Assembly: GCF_963921235.1 (NCBI RefSeq)
Contig: NC_086108.1
Span: forward strand, 1,302,001 to 1,366,000
DNA from: Mobula hypostoma
Taxonomy: Eukaryota
Direction of reading: 5' to 3'
DNA length: 64,000 nt
In this document: one piece after another, positions 1-15,000 of the stretch
Layout: the number at the start of each line of letters is the position of its first letter
Position numbering within the stretch: position 1 is the first letter of the stretch
Position numbers and translations under genes: made by a program
The notes under the pieces: model-generated
Database searches by the model: none
Seen by the model: the letters and a program-made list of their open reading frames with translations, nothing else
Told to the model about the DNA's origin: nothing

Positions 1-3000
1 CACACCCTCAGTACTGACGCTCTGACAGTGTGACACTCCGTCAGCACTGTCACTCCCAGAGTGAGACACTCCCTTAGTACTGTCCCTCCGTCTGTGAGAC
101 ACTCCCTCAGTACTGTCCCTCTGACAGTGTGACACTCCCTCAGTACTGTCCCTCTGACAGTGTGACACTCCTTCAGTACGGTCTCTCTGAGAATGAGACA
201 ATCCCGTAGTGCTGTACCTGACAGTGTGAGACTCCCTCAGTACTGTCCCTCACAGAGTGTGACTCTTGCTCAGTACCGTCCCTCCGAAAGTGAGACACCA
301 CTCACTTCTGTCCCTCTGGCAGTGAGACACCCCTCAGTTCTGTCCCTCTGACAGTGTGACACTCCCTCAGTACTGTCTCTCTGACAGTGTGACACTCCCT
401 CAGTTCTGTCCATCTGACAGTGAGACACTTCCTCAGTACTGTTCCTCTGACAGTGTGACACACCCTCAGTACTGACCGTCTGACAGTGTGACACACCGTC
501 AGTACTCACTCCCAGAGTGAGACACTCCCTTAGTACTGTCCCTCCGTCTATGAGACACTCCCTCAGTACTATCCCTCTGACAGTGTGACACTCCCTTAGT
601 GCTGACCCTCTGACAGTGTGAGACTCCCTCAGTGCTGTTTCTCTGACAGTGTGAGACTCCCTGAGTACTGTCCCTCTGACAGTGAGACACTCCCTCAATA
701 CTTTCCCTCTGACAGTGTGACACTCCCTCAGTTCTCTCCCTCTGACAGTGAGACACTCCCGCAGTACTGTCCCTCTGACAGTGAGACACTCCCTCAGTAC
801 TGACCCTCTGACAGTGTGACACTCCCACAGTACTGTCCCTCTGACTGTGAGACACCCCTCAGTTCTGTCCATCTGACAGTGAGACACTTCCTCAGTGCTG
901 TTCCTCTGACAGTGTGACACACCCTCAGTACTGACCGTCTGACAGTGTGACACACCGTCAGTACTGTCACTCCCAGAGTGAGACACTCCCTCAGTACTGT
1001 CCCTCCGTCTGTGAGACACTCCCTCAGTACATTCCCTCTGACAGTGTGACACTCCCTCAGCTCTGTCTCTCTGACAATGAGACACTCCCTCAGTACTGTC
1101 CCTCTGACGGTGTGACATTCCCTCAGTACTGTCCCTCTGATGGTGTGACACTCCCTCAGTACTGTCCCTCTGACAGTGACACACTCATTCACTACTGTCC
1201 ATCTGGCATTGTGACACTCCCTCTGTACTGTCCCTCTGACAGTGTGACACTCCTTCAGTACGGTCTCTCTGAGAATGAGACAATCCCGCAGTACTGTACC
1301 TCTGACAGTGTGTGACTCCCTCAGTACTGACCCTCACAGAGTGTGACTCTTGCTCAGTACTGTCCCTCCGAAAGTGAGACACCACTCACTTCTGTCCCTC
1401 TGGCAGTGAGATACCCCTCAGTTCTGTCCCTCTGACAGTGTGACACTCCCTCAGTACTGTCTCTCTGACAGTGTGACACTCCCTCAGTTCTGTCCATCTG
1501 ACAGTGAGACACTTCCTCAGTACTGTTCCTCTGACAGTGTGACACACCCTCAGTACTGACCGTCTGACAGTGTGACTCACCGTCAGTACTGTCACTCCCA
1601 GAGTGAGACACTCCCTTAGTACTGTCCCTCCGTCTGTGAGACACTCCCTCAGTACTGTCCCTCTGACAGTGTGACACTCCCTCAGTGCTGTCCCTCTGAC
1701 AGTGTGAGACTCCCTCAATACTGTCCCTCCGACAGTGAGACACTCCCTCAGTACTGTCTCTCTGACAATGAGACACTCCTCATTACTGTCACTCTGATGG
1801 TGTGACACTCCCTCAGTACTGTCCCTCTGACAGTGTGACACTCCCTCAGATCTGTCCCTCTGACAGTGTGACACTCCCTCAGTACTGTACCTCTGACAGT
1901 GTGAGACTCCCTCAGTACTGTCCCTCAGAGAGTGTGACTCTCACTCAGTACTGTCCCTCTGACAGTGAGACATCACTCAGTTCTGTCCCTCTGACAGTGT
2001 GACACACCGTCAGTACTGTCCCTCTGACACTGTGACACTCGGTCAGTACCATCCTTCTGACAGTGTGACACTTCGTCAGTACTGTCCCTCTGACAGTGTG
2101 ACACTCCCTCAGTGCTGTCCCTCTGACAGTGTGACACTCCGTCAGTACTGTCCCTTTGACAGTGTGACACTCTCTCAGTACAGTCCCTCTGACAGTGCAA
2201 CACTTCCTCAGTTCTGTCCCTCTGACAGTGACACACTCCCTCAGTACTGTCCCTCTGACAGTGTGACACTCCCTCAGTTCTGTCCCTCTGACGGTGTGAC
2301 ACTCCCTCAGTACTGTCCCTCTGATGGTGTGACACTCCCTCAGTACTGTCCCTCTGACAGTGACACACTCCCTCACTACTGTCCTTCTGGCATTGTGACA
2401 CTCCCTCAGTACTGTCCCTCTGACAGTGAGACACTTCTTCAGTACTGTTCCTCCGACAGTGTGACACTCCCTCAGTGCTGTCCCTCTGACAGTGTGAGAC
2501 TCCCTCAGTATTGTCCCTCCGACAGTGAGACACTCCCTCAGTACTGTCTCTCTGACAATGAGACACTCCTCATTACTCTCACTCTGACAGTGTGAAACTC
2601 CCTCAGTTCTGTCCCTCTGACAGTGTGACACTCCCTCAGTACTGTCCCTCTGAGAATGAGACAAATCCACAGTACTGTACCTCTGACAGTGTGAGACTCC
2701 CTCAGTACTGTCCCTCAGAGAGTGTGACTCTCACTCAGTACTGTCCCTGTGATAGTGAGACATCACTGAGGACTGTCCCTCTGACAGTGAGACACTTCCT
2801 CAGTACTGTCCCTCACAGAGTGTGACTCTCGCTCAGTACTGTCCCTCTGAAAGTGAGACACCACTCACTTCTGTCCCTCTGGCAGTGAGACACCCCTCAG
2901 TTCTGTCCCTCTGACAGTGAGACACTTCCTCAGTACTGTCCCTCTGGCAATGATGCACCTCTCAGTTCCGTCCCTCTGACAGTGTGACACACCGTCAGTA

Positions 3001-6000
3001 CTGTCCCTCTGACACTGTGACACTCAGTCAGTACCATCCTTCTGACAGTGTGACACTCCCTCAGTACTGTCCATCTGACGGTGTGACACTTCCTCATTAC
3101 TGTCCCTCTGACAGTGTGACACTCCCTCAGTGCTGTCCCTCTGACAGTGAGACACTCCCTCAGCACTGTCCCTCTGACAGTGTGACACTCCCTCAGTTCT
3201 GTCTCTCTGACAGTGTGACACTCCCTCAGTACTGTCCCTCCGTCTGTGAGACACTCCCTCAGTACTGTCCCTCTGACAGTGTGACACTCCCTCAGTTCTG
3301 TCTCTCTGACAATGAGACACTCCCACAGTACTGTCCCTCTGACGGTGTGACACTCCCTCAGTACTGTCCCTCTGATGGTGTGACACTCCCTCAGTACTGT
3401 CCCTCTGACAGTGACACACTCCCTCACTACTGTCCTTCTGGCATTGTGACACTTCTTCAGTACTGTTCCTCTGACCGTGTGACACACCCTCAGTACTGAC
3501 CGTCTGACAGTGTGACACACCGTCAGTACTGTCACTCCCAGAGTGAGACACTCCCTGAGTACTGTCCCTCTGACAGTGTGACACTCCGTCAGTTCTGTCT
3601 CTCTGAGAATGAGACACTCCCTCAGTACTGTCCCTCTGACGGTGTGACACTCACTCAGTACTGTCCTTCTGACGGTGTGACACTCCCTCAGTACTGCCCC
3701 TCTGATGGTGTGACACTCCCTCAGTACTGTCCCTCTGACAGTGACACACTCATTCACTACTGTCCTTCTGGCATTGTGACACTCCCTCAGTACTCTCCCT
3801 CTGACAGTGTGACACTCCTTCAGTATGGTCTCTCTGAGAATGAGACAATCCCGCAGTACTGTACCTCTGACAGTGTGTGACTCCCTCAGTACTGTCCCTC
3901 ACAGAGTGTGACTCTTGCTCAGTACTGTCCCTCCGAAAGTGAGACACCACTCACTTCTGTCCTTCTGGCAGTGAGACACCCCTCAGTTCTGTCCCTCTGA
4001 CAGTGAGACACTTCCTCAGTACTGTCTCTCTGACAGTGTGACACTCCCTCAGTACTGTCCCTCTGACAGTGTGACACTCCCTCAGTGCTGTCCCTCTGAC
4101 AGTGAGACACTCCCTCAGCACTGTCCCTCTGACAGTGTAACACTCCCTCAGTTCTGTCTCTCTGACAGTGTGACACTCCCTCAGTACTGTCCCTCCGTCT
4201 GTGAGACACTCCCTCAGTACTGTCCCTCTGATAGTGTGACACTCCCTCAGTGCTGTTTCTCTGACAGTGTGATACTCCCTGAGTACTGTCCCTCTGACAG
4301 TGTGACACTCCCTCAGTGCTGTTTCTCTGACAGTGTGATACTCCCTGAGTACTGTCCCTCTGACAGTGTGACACTCCCTCAGTTCTGTCTCTCTGACAAT
4401 GAGACACTCCCACAGTACTGTCCCTCTGACGGTGTGACACTTCCTCAGTACTGTCCCTCTGATGGTGTGACACTCCCTCAGTACTGTCCCTCTGACAGTG
4501 ACACACTCCCTCACTACTGTCCTTCTGGCATTGTGACACTCCCTCAGTACTGTCCCTCCGACTGTGAGACACTTCCTCAGTACTGTTGCTCCGACAGTGT
4601 GACAGTCCCTCAGTGCTGTCCCTCTGACAGTGTGAGACTCCCTCAGTACTGTCCCTCCGACAGTGAGACAGTCCCTCAGTACTGTCTCTCTGACAATGAG
4701 ACACTCCTCATTACTGTCACTCTGATGGTGTGACACTCCCTCAGTACTGTCCCTCTGACAGTGTGACACTCCCTCAGTTCTGTCCCTCTGACAGTGTGAC
4801 ACTCCCTCAGTACTGTACCTCTGACAGTGTGAGACTCCCTCAGTACTGTCCCTCAGAGAGTGTGACTTTCACTCAGTACTGTCCCTTTGACAGTGAGACA
4901 TCACTCAGTTCTGTCCCTCTGACAGTGTGACACACCGTCAGTACTGTCCCTCTGACACTGTGACACTCCCTCAGTGCTGTCTCTCTGACAGTGTGACACC
5001 CCCTCAGTACTGTCCCTTTGACAGTGTGACACTCTCTCAGTACAGTCCCTCTGACAGTGCAACACTTCCTCAGTTCTGTCCCTCTGACAGTGACACACTC
5101 CCTCACTGCTGTCCTTCTGGCATTGTGACACTCCCTCAGTACTGCCCCTCTGATGGTGTGACACTCCCTCAGTACTGTCCCTCTGACAGTGACACACTCA
5201 TTCACTACTGTCCTTCTGGCATTGTGACACTCCCTGAGTACTGTCCCTCTGACAGTGTGACACTCCCTCAGTTCTGTCTCTCTGACAATGAGACACTCCC
5301 ACAGTACTGTCCCTCTGACGGTGTGACACTTCCTCAGTACTGTCCCTCTGATGGTGTGACACTCCCTCAGTACTGTCCCTCTGACAGTGACACACTCCCT
5401 CACTACTGTCCTTCTGGCATTGTGACACTCCCTCAGTACTGTCCCTCCGACTGTGAGACACTTCCTCAGTACTGTTCCTCCGACAGTGTGACAGTCCCTC
5501 AGTGCTGTCCCTCTGACAGTGTGAGACTCCCTCAGTACTGTCCCTCCGACTGTCTCTCTGACAATGAGACACTCCTCATTACTGTCACTCTGATGGTGTG
5601 ACACTCCCTCAGTACTGTCCCTCTGACAGTGTGACACTCCCTCAGTTCTGTCCCTCTGACAGTGTGACACTCCCTCAGTACTGTACCTCTGACAGTGTGA
5701 GACTCCCTCAGTACTGTCCCTCAGAGAGTGTGACTCTCACTCAGTACTGTCCCTTTGACAGTGAGACATCACTCAGTTCTGTCCCTCTGACAGTGTGACA
5801 CACCGTCAGTACTGTCCCTCTGACACTGTGACACTCGGTCAGTACCATCCTTCTGACAGTGTGACACTTCGTCAGTACTGTCCCTCTGACAGTGTGACAC
5901 TCCCTCAGTGCTGTCTCTCTGACAGTGTGACACCCCCTCAGTACTGTCCCTTTGACAGTGTGACACTCTCTCAGTACAGTCCCTCTGACAGTGCAACACT

Positions 6001-9000
6001 TCCTCAGTTCTGTCCCTCTGACAGTGACACACTCCCTCACTGCTGTCCTTCTGGCATTGTGACACTCCCTCAGTACTGTCCCTCTGAATGTGTAACACTC
6101 CTTCAGTACCGTCTCTCTGAGAATGAGACAATCCCGTAGTACTGTACTTCTGACAGTGTGAGACATCCTCGGTAATGTCCCTCAGAGAGTGTGACTCTCG
6201 CTCAGTACTGTCCCTCTGACTGTGAGACACCACTCAGTTCTGTCCATCTGACAGTGAGACACTTCCTCAGTGCTGTTCCTCTGACAGTGTGACACACTCT
6301 CAGTACTGACCGTCTGACAGTGTGACACACCGTCAGTACTGTCACTCCCAGAGTGAGACACTCCCTTAGTACAGTCCCTCCATCAGTGAGACACTCCCTC
6401 AGTACATTCCCTCTGACAGTGTGACACTCCCTCAGTTCTGTCTCTCTGACAATGAGACACTCCCTCAGTACTGTCCCTCTGACGGTGTGACATTCCCTCA
6501 GTACTGTCCCTCTGATGGTGTGACACTCCCTCAGTACTGTCCCTCTGACAGTGACACACTCATTCACTACTGTCCATCTGGCATTGTGACACTCCCTCAG
6601 TACTGTCCCTCTGACAGTGTGACACTCCTTCAGTACGGTCTCTCTGAGAATGAGACAATCCCGCAGTACTGTACCTCTGACAGTGTGAGACTCCCTCAGT
6701 ACTGTCCCTCACAGAGTGTGACTCTTGCTCAGTACTGTCCCTCCGAAAGTGAGACACCACTCACTTCTGTCCCTCTGGCAGTGAGATACCCCTCAGTTCT
6801 GTCCCTCTGACAGTGTGACACTCCCTCAGTACTGTCTCTCTGACAGTGTGACACTCCCTCAGTTCTGACAATCTGACAGTGAGACACTTCCTCAGTACTG
6901 TTCCTCTGACAGTGTGACACACCCTCAGTACTGACCGTCTGACAGTGTGACACACCGTCAGTACTGTCACTCCCAGAGTGAGACACTCCCTTAGTACTGT
7001 CCCTCTGTCTGTGAGACACTCCCTCAGTACTGTCCCTCTGACAGTGTGACACTCCCTCAGTGCTGTTTCTCTGACAGTGTGATACTCCCTGAGTACTGTC
7101 CCTCTGACGGTGAGACACTCCCTCAGTACTGTCCCTCTGACAGTGTGACAGTCCCTCAGTTCTGTCCCTCTGACAATGAGACACTCCCTCAGTACTGTCC
7201 CTCTGACGGTGTGACACTCCCTCAGTACTGTCCCTCTGATGGTGTGACACTCCCTCAGTACTGTCCCTCTGACAGTGACACACTCCCTCACTACTGTCCT
7301 TCTGGCATTGTGACACTCCCTCAGTACTGTCTCTCTGACAGTGTGAGACTCCCTGAGTACTGTAACTCTGACAGTGAGACACTCCCTCAGTACTGTCCCT
7401 CTGACAGTGAGACACTCCCTCAGTACTGTCCCTCTGACAGTGTGACACTCCCTTAGTGCTGTCCCTCTGACAGTGTGGGACTCCCTCAGTATTGTCCCTC
7501 CGACAGTGAGACACTCCCTCAGTACTGTCTCTCTGACAATGAGACACTCCTCATTACTGTCACTCTGATGGTGTGACACTCCCTGAGCACTGTCCCTCTG
7601 ACAGTGTGACACTCCCTCAGTTCTGTCCCTCTGACAGTGTGACACTCCCTCAGTACTGTCCCTCACAGAGTGTGACTCTCGCTCAGTACTGTCCCTCTGA
7701 AAGTGAGACACCACTCACTTCTGTCCCTCTGGCAGTGAGACACACCTCAGTTCTGTCCCGCTGACAGTGAGACACTTCCTCAGTACTGTCCCTCTGACAG
7801 TGAGGCACCTCTCAGTTCCGTCCCTCTGACAGTGTGACACACCGTCAGATCTGTCCCTCTGACACTGTGACACTCGATCAGTACCATCCTTCTGACAGTG
7901 TGACACTCCCTCAGTACTGTCCATCTGACGGTGTGACACTTCCTCAGTACTGTCCCTCTGATAGTGTGACACTCCCTCAGTGCTGTCCCTCTGACAGTGA
8001 GACACTCCCTCAGCACTGTCCTTCTGACAGTGTGACACTCCCTCAGTTCTGTCTCTCTGACAGTGTGACACTCCCTCAGTACTGTCCCTCCGTCTGTGAG
8101 ACACTCCCTCAGTACTGTCCCTCTGACAGTGTGACACTCCCTCAGTGCTGTTTCTCTGACAGTGTGATACTCCCTGAGTACTGTCCCTCTGGCAGTGATA
8201 CACTCCCTCAGTACTGTCCCTCTGACAGTGTGACACTCCCTCAGTTCTGTCTCTCTGACAATGAGACACTCCCACAGTACTGTCCCTCTGACGGTGTGAC
8301 ACTCCCTCAGTACTGTCCCTCTGATGGTGTGACACTCCCTCAGTACTGTCCCTCTGACAGTGACACACTCCCTCACTACTGTCCTTCTGGCATTGTGACA
8401 CTTCCTCAGTACTGTTCCTCTGACCGTGTGACACACCCTCAGTACTGTCCCTCTGACGGTGTGACACTCCCTCAGTACTGTCCCTCTGATGGTGTGACAC
8501 TCCCTCAGTACTGTCCGTCTGACAGTGACACACTCCCTCACTACTGTCCTTCTGGCATTGTGACACTCCCTCAGTACTGTCCCTCTGACAGTGTGACACT
8601 CCCTCAGTGCTGTCCCTCTGACAGTGAGACACTCCCTCAGCACTGTCCCTCTGACAGTGTAACACTCCCTCAGTTCTGTCTCTCTGACAGTGTGACACTC
8701 CCTCAGTACTGTCCCTCCGTCTGTGAGACACTCCCTCAGTACTGTCCCTCTGACAGTGTGACACTCCCTCAGTGCTGTTTCTCTGACAGTGTGATACTCC
8801 CTGAGTACTGTCCCTCTGACAGTGTGACACTCCCTCAGTGCTGTTTCTCTGACAGTGTGATACTCCCTGAGTACTGTCCCTCTGACAGTGTGACACTCCC
8901 TCAGTTCTGTCTCTCTGACAATGAGACACTCCCACAGTACTGTCCCTCTGACGGTGTGACACTTCCTCAGTACTGTCCCTCTGATGGTGTGACACTCCCT

Positions 9001-12000
9001 CAGTACTGTCCCTCTGACAGTGACACACTCCCTCACTACTGTCCTTCTGGCATTGTGACACTCCCTCAGTACTGTCCCTCCGACTGTGAGACACTTCCTC
9101 AGTACTGTTCCTCCGACAGTGTGACAGTCCCTCAGTGCTGTCCCTCTGACAGTGTGAGACTCCCTCAGTACTGTCCCTCCGACAGTGAGACAGTCCCTCA
9201 GTACTGTCTCTCTGACAATGAGACACTCCTCATTACTGTCACTCTGATGGTGTGACACTCCCTCAGTACTGTCCCTCTGACAGTGTGACACTCCCTCAGT
9301 TCTGTCCCTCTGACAGTGTGACACTCCCTCAGTACTGTACCTCTGACAGTGTGAGACTCCCTCAGTACTGTCCCTCAGAGAGTGTGACTTTCACTCAGTA
9401 CTGTCCCTTTGACAGTGAGACATCACTCAGTTCTGTCCCTCTGACAGTGTGACACACCGTCAGTACTGTCCCTCTGACACTGTGACACTCGGTCAGTACC
9501 ATCCTTCTGACAGTGTGACACTTCGTCAGTACTGTCCCTCTGACAGTGTGACACTCCCTCAGTGCTGTCTCTCTGACAGTGTGACACCCCCTCAGTACTG
9601 TCCCTTTGACAGTGTGACACTCTCTCAGTACAGTCCCTCTGACAGTGCAACACTTCCTCAGTTCTGTCCCTCTGACAGTGACACACTCCCTCACTGCTGT
9701 CCTTCTGGCATTGTGACACTCCCTCAGTACTGTCCCTCTGATGGTGTGACACTCCCTCAGTACTGTCCCTCTGACAGTGACACACTCATTCACTACTGTC
9801 CTTCTGGCATTGTGACACTCCCTCAGTACTCTCCCTCTGACAGTGTGACACTCCTTCAGTATGGTCTCTCTGAGAATGAGACAATCCCGCAGTACTGTAC
9901 CTCTGACAGTGTGTGACTCCCTCAGTACTGTCCCTCACAGAGTGTGACTCTTGCTCAGTACTGTCCCTCCGAAAGTGAGACACCACTCACTTCTGTCCTT
10001 CTGGCAGTGAGACACCCCTCAGTTCTGTCCCTCTGACAGTGAGACACTTCCTCAGTACTGTCTCTCTGACAGTGTGACACTCCCTCAGTACTGTCCCTCT
10101 GACAGTGTGACACTCCCTCAGTGCTGTCCCTCTGACAGTGAGACACTCCCTCAGCACTGTCCCTCTGACAGTGTAACACTCCCTCAGTTCTGTCTCTCTG
10201 ACAGTGTGACACTCCCTCAGTACTGTCCCTCCGTCTGTGAGACACTCCCTCAGTACTGTCCCTCTGACAGTGTGACACTCCCTCAGTGCTGTTTCTCTGA
10301 CAGTGTGAGACTCCCTCAGTACTGTCCCTCTGACAGTGTGACACTCCCTCAGTTCTGTCTCTCTGACAATGAGACACTCCCACAGTACTGTCCCTCTGAC
10401 GGTGTGACACTTCCTCAGTACTGTCCCTCTGATGGTGTGACACTCCCTCAGTACTGTCCCTCTGACAGTGACACACTCCCTCACTACTGTCCTTCTGGCA
10501 TTGTGACACTCCCTCAGTACTGTCCCTCCGACTGTGAGACACTTCCTCAGTACTGTTCCTCCGACAGTGTGACACTCCCTCAGTGCTGTCCCTCTGACAG
10601 TGTGAGACTCCCTCAGTACTGTCCCTCCGACTGTCTCTCTGACAATGAGACACTCCTCATTACTGTCACTCTGATGGTGTGACACTCCCTCAGTACTGTC
10701 CCTCTGACAGTGTGACACTCCCTCAGTTCTGTCCCTCTGACAGTGTGACACTCCCTCAGTACTGTACCTCTGACAGTGTGAGACTCCCTCAGTACTGTCC
10801 CTCAGAGAGTGTGACTCTCACTCAGTACTGTCCCTTTGACAGTGAGACATCACTCAGTTCTGTCCCTCTGACAGTGTGACACACCGTCAGTACTGTCCCT
10901 CTGACACTGTGACACTCGGTCAGTACCATCCTTCTGACAGTGTGACACTTCGTCAGTACTGTCCCTCTGACAGTGTGACACTCCCTCAGTGCTGTCTCTC
11001 TGACAGTGTGACACCCCCTCAGTACTGTCCCTTTGACAGTGTGACACTCTCTCAGTACAGTCCCTCTGACAGTGCAACACTTCCTCAGTTCTGTCCCTCT
11101 GACAGTGACACACTCCCTCACTGCTGTCCTTCTGGCATTGTGACACTCCCTCAGTACTGTCCCTCTGAATGTGTAACACTCCTTCAGTACCGTCTCTCTG
11201 AGAATGAGACAATCCCGTAGTACTGTACTTCTGACAGTGTGAGACATCCTCGGTAATGTCCCTCAGAGAGTGTGACTCTCGCTCAGTACTGTCCCTCTGA
11301 CTGTGAGACACCACTCAGTTCTGTCCATCTGACAGTGAGACACTTCCTCAGTGCTGTTCCTCTGACAGTGTGACACACTCTCAGTACTGACCGTCTGACA
11401 GTGTGACACACCGTCAGTACTGTCACTCCCAGAGTGAGACACTCCCTTAGTACAGTCCCTCCATCAGTGAGACACTCCCTCAGTACATTCCCTCTGACAG
11501 TGTGACACTCCCTCAGTATTGTCCCTCTGATGGTGTGACACTCCCTCAGTACTGTCCCTCTGACAGTGACACACTCATTCACTACTGTCCATCTGGCATT
11601 GTGACACTCCCTCAGTACTGTCCCTCTGACAGTGTGACACTCCTTCAGTACGGTCTCTCTGAGAATGAGACAATCCCGCAGTACTGTACCTCTGACAGTG
11701 TGTGACTCCCTCAGTACTGTCCCTCACAGAGTGTGACTCTTGCTCAGTACTGTCCCTCCGAAAGTGAGACACCACTCACTTCTGTCCCTCTGGCAGTGAG
11801 ATACCCCTCAGTTCTGTCCCTCTGACAGTGTGACACTCCCTCAGTACTGTCTCTCTGACAGTGTGACACTCCCTCAGTTCTGACAATCTGACAGTGAGAC
11901 ACTTCCTCAGTACTGTTCCTCTGACAGTGTGACACACCCTCAGTACTGACCGTCTGACAGTGTGACACACCGTCAGTACTGTCACTCCCAGAGTGAGACA

Positions 12001-15000
12001 CTCCCTTAGTACTGTCCCTCTGTCTGTGAGACACTCCCTCAGTACTGTCCCTCTGACAGTGTGACACTCCCTCAGTGCTGTTTCTCTGACAGTGTGATAC
12101 TCCCTGAGTACTGTCCCTCTGACGGTGAGACACTCCCTCAGTACTGTCCCTCTGACAGTGTGACAGTCCCTCAGTTCTGTCCCTCTGACAATGAGACACT
12201 CCCTCAGTACTGTCCCTCTGACGGTGTGACACTCCCTCAGTACTGTCCCTCTGATGGTGTGACACTCCCTCAGTACTGTCCCTCTGACAGTGACACACTC
12301 CCTCACTACTGTCCTTCTGGCATTGTGACACTCCCTCAGTACTGTCTCTCTGACAGTGTGAGACTCCCTGAGTACTGTAACTCTGACAGTGAGACACTCC
12401 CTCAGTACTGTCCCTCTGACAGTGAGACACTCCCTCAGTACTGTCCCTCTGACAGTGTGACACTCCCTTAGTGCTGTCCCTCTGACAGTGTGAGACTCCC
12501 TCAGTATTGTCCCTCCGACAGTGAGACACTCCCTCAGTACTGTCTCTCTGACAATGAGACACTCCTCATTACTGTCACTCTGATGGTGTGACACTCCCTC
12601 AGTACTGTCCCTCTGACAGTGTGACACTCCCTCAGTTCTGTCCCTCTGACAGTGTGACACTCCCTCAGTACTGTCCCTCACAGAGTGTGACTCGCTCAGT
12701 ACTGTCCCTCTGAAAGTGAGACACCACTCACTTCTGTCCCTCTGGCAGTGAGACACACCTCAGTTCTGTCCCGCTGACAGTGAGACACTTCCTCAGTACT
12801 GTCCCTCTGGCAGTGAGGCACCTCTCAGTTCCGTCCCTCTGACAGTGTGACACACCGTCAGTACTGTCCCTCTGACACTGTGACACTCGGTCAGTACCAT
12901 CCTTCTGACAGTGTGACACTCCCTCAGTACTGTCCATCTGACGGTGTGACACTTCCTCAGTACTGCCCCTCTGATAGTGTGACACTCCCTCAGTGCTGTC
13001 CCTCTGACAGTGAGACACTCCCTCAGCACTGTCCTTCTGACAGTGTGACACTCCCTCAGTTCTGTCTCTCTGACAGTGTGACACTCCCTCAGTACTGTCC
13101 CTCCGTCTGTGAGACACTCCCTCAGTACTGTCCCTCTGACAGTGTGACACTCCCTCAGTGCTGTTTCTCTGACAGTGTGATACTCCCTGAGTACTGTCCC
13201 TCTGGCAGTGAGACACTCCCTCAGTACTGTCCCTCTGACAGTGTGACACTCCCTCAGTTCTGTCTCTCTGACAATGAGACACTCCCACAGTACTGTCCCT
13301 CTGACGTTGTGACACTCCCTCAGTACTGTCCCTCTGATGGTGTGACACTCCCTCAGTACTGTCCCTCTGACAGTGACACACTCCCTCACTACTGTCCTTC
13401 TGGCATTGTGACACTTCCTCAGTACTGTTCCTCTGACCGTGTGACACACCCTCAGTACTGTCCCTCTGACGGTGTGACACTCCCTCAGTACTGTCCCTCT
13501 GATGGTGTGACACTCCCTCAGTACTGTCCCTCTGACAGTGACACACTCCCTCACTACTGTCCTTCTGGCATTGTGACACTCCCTCAGTACTGTCCCTCTG
13601 ACAGTGTGACACTCCTTCAGTACGGTCTCTCTGAGAATGAGACAATCCCGCAGTACTGTACCTCTGACAGTGTGAGACTCCTTCAGTACTGTCCCTCACA
13701 GAGTGTGACTCTTGCTCAGTACTGTCCCTCCGAAAGTGAGACACCACTCACTTCTGTCCCTCTGGCAGTGAGACACTCCTCAGTTCTGTCCCTCTGACAG
13801 TGTGACACTCCCTCAGTACTGTCTCTCTGACAGTGTGACACTCCCTCAGTACTGTCTCTCTGACAGTGTGACACTCCCTCAGTTCTGTCCATCTGACAGT
13901 GAGACACTTCCTCAGTACTGTTCCTCTGACAGTGTGACACACCCTCAGTACTGACCGTCTGACAGTGTGACACACCGTAAGTACTGTCACTCCCAGAGTG
14001 AGACACTCCCTTAGTACTGTCCCTCCGTCTGTGAGACACTCCCTCAGTACTGTCCCTCTGACAGTGTGACACTCCCTTACTGCTGACCCTCTGACAGTGT
14101 GAGACTCCCTCAGTGCTGTTTCTCTGACAGTGTGAGACTCCCTGAGTACTGTCCCTCTGACAGTGAGACACTCCCTCAGTACTGTCCCTCTGACTGTGTG
14201 ACACTCCCTCAGTACTGTCCCTCTGACAGTGAGACACTCCCTCAGTACTGTCCCTCTGACAGTGTGACACACCCTCAGTACTGTCCCTCTGACTGTGAGA
14301 CACCACTCAGTTCTGTCCCTCTGACAGTGTGACACTCCCTCAGTACCATCCCTCTGACAGTGTGAGACTTCCTCAGTACTGTCCCTCAGAGAGTGTGACT
14401 CTCGCTCAGTACTGTCCCTCTGACTGTGAGACACCACTCAGTACTGTCCCTCTGGCACTGAGACACCCCTCAGTTCTGTCCATCTGACAGTGAGACACTT
14501 CCTCAGTACTGACCCTCCGACAGTGTGACACTCCCGCAGTACTGTACCTCTGACAGTGTGACACTCCGTCAGCACTGTCACTCCCAGAGTGAGACACTCC
14601 CTTAGTACTGTCCCTCCGTCTGTGAGACACTCCCTCAGTACTGTCCCTCTGACAGTGTGACACTCCCTCAGTGCTGTCTCTCTGACAATGAGACACTCCC
14701 TCAGTACCGTTCCTCTGACGGTGTGACACTCCCTCAGTACTGTCCCTCTGATGGTGTGACACTCCCTCAGTACTGTCCCTCTGACAGTGACTCACTCCCT
14801 CACTACTGTCCTTCTGGCATTGTGACACTCCCTCAGTACTGTCCCTCTGGCAGTGAGACACCCCTCAGTTCAGTCCATCTGACAGTGAGACACTTCCTCA
14901 GTACTGTCCTCTGACAGTGAGTCACTTCTTCAGTTCTGTCCCTCTGACAGTGAGACACTCCCGCAGTACTGTCCCTCTGACAGTGAGACACTCCCTCAGT

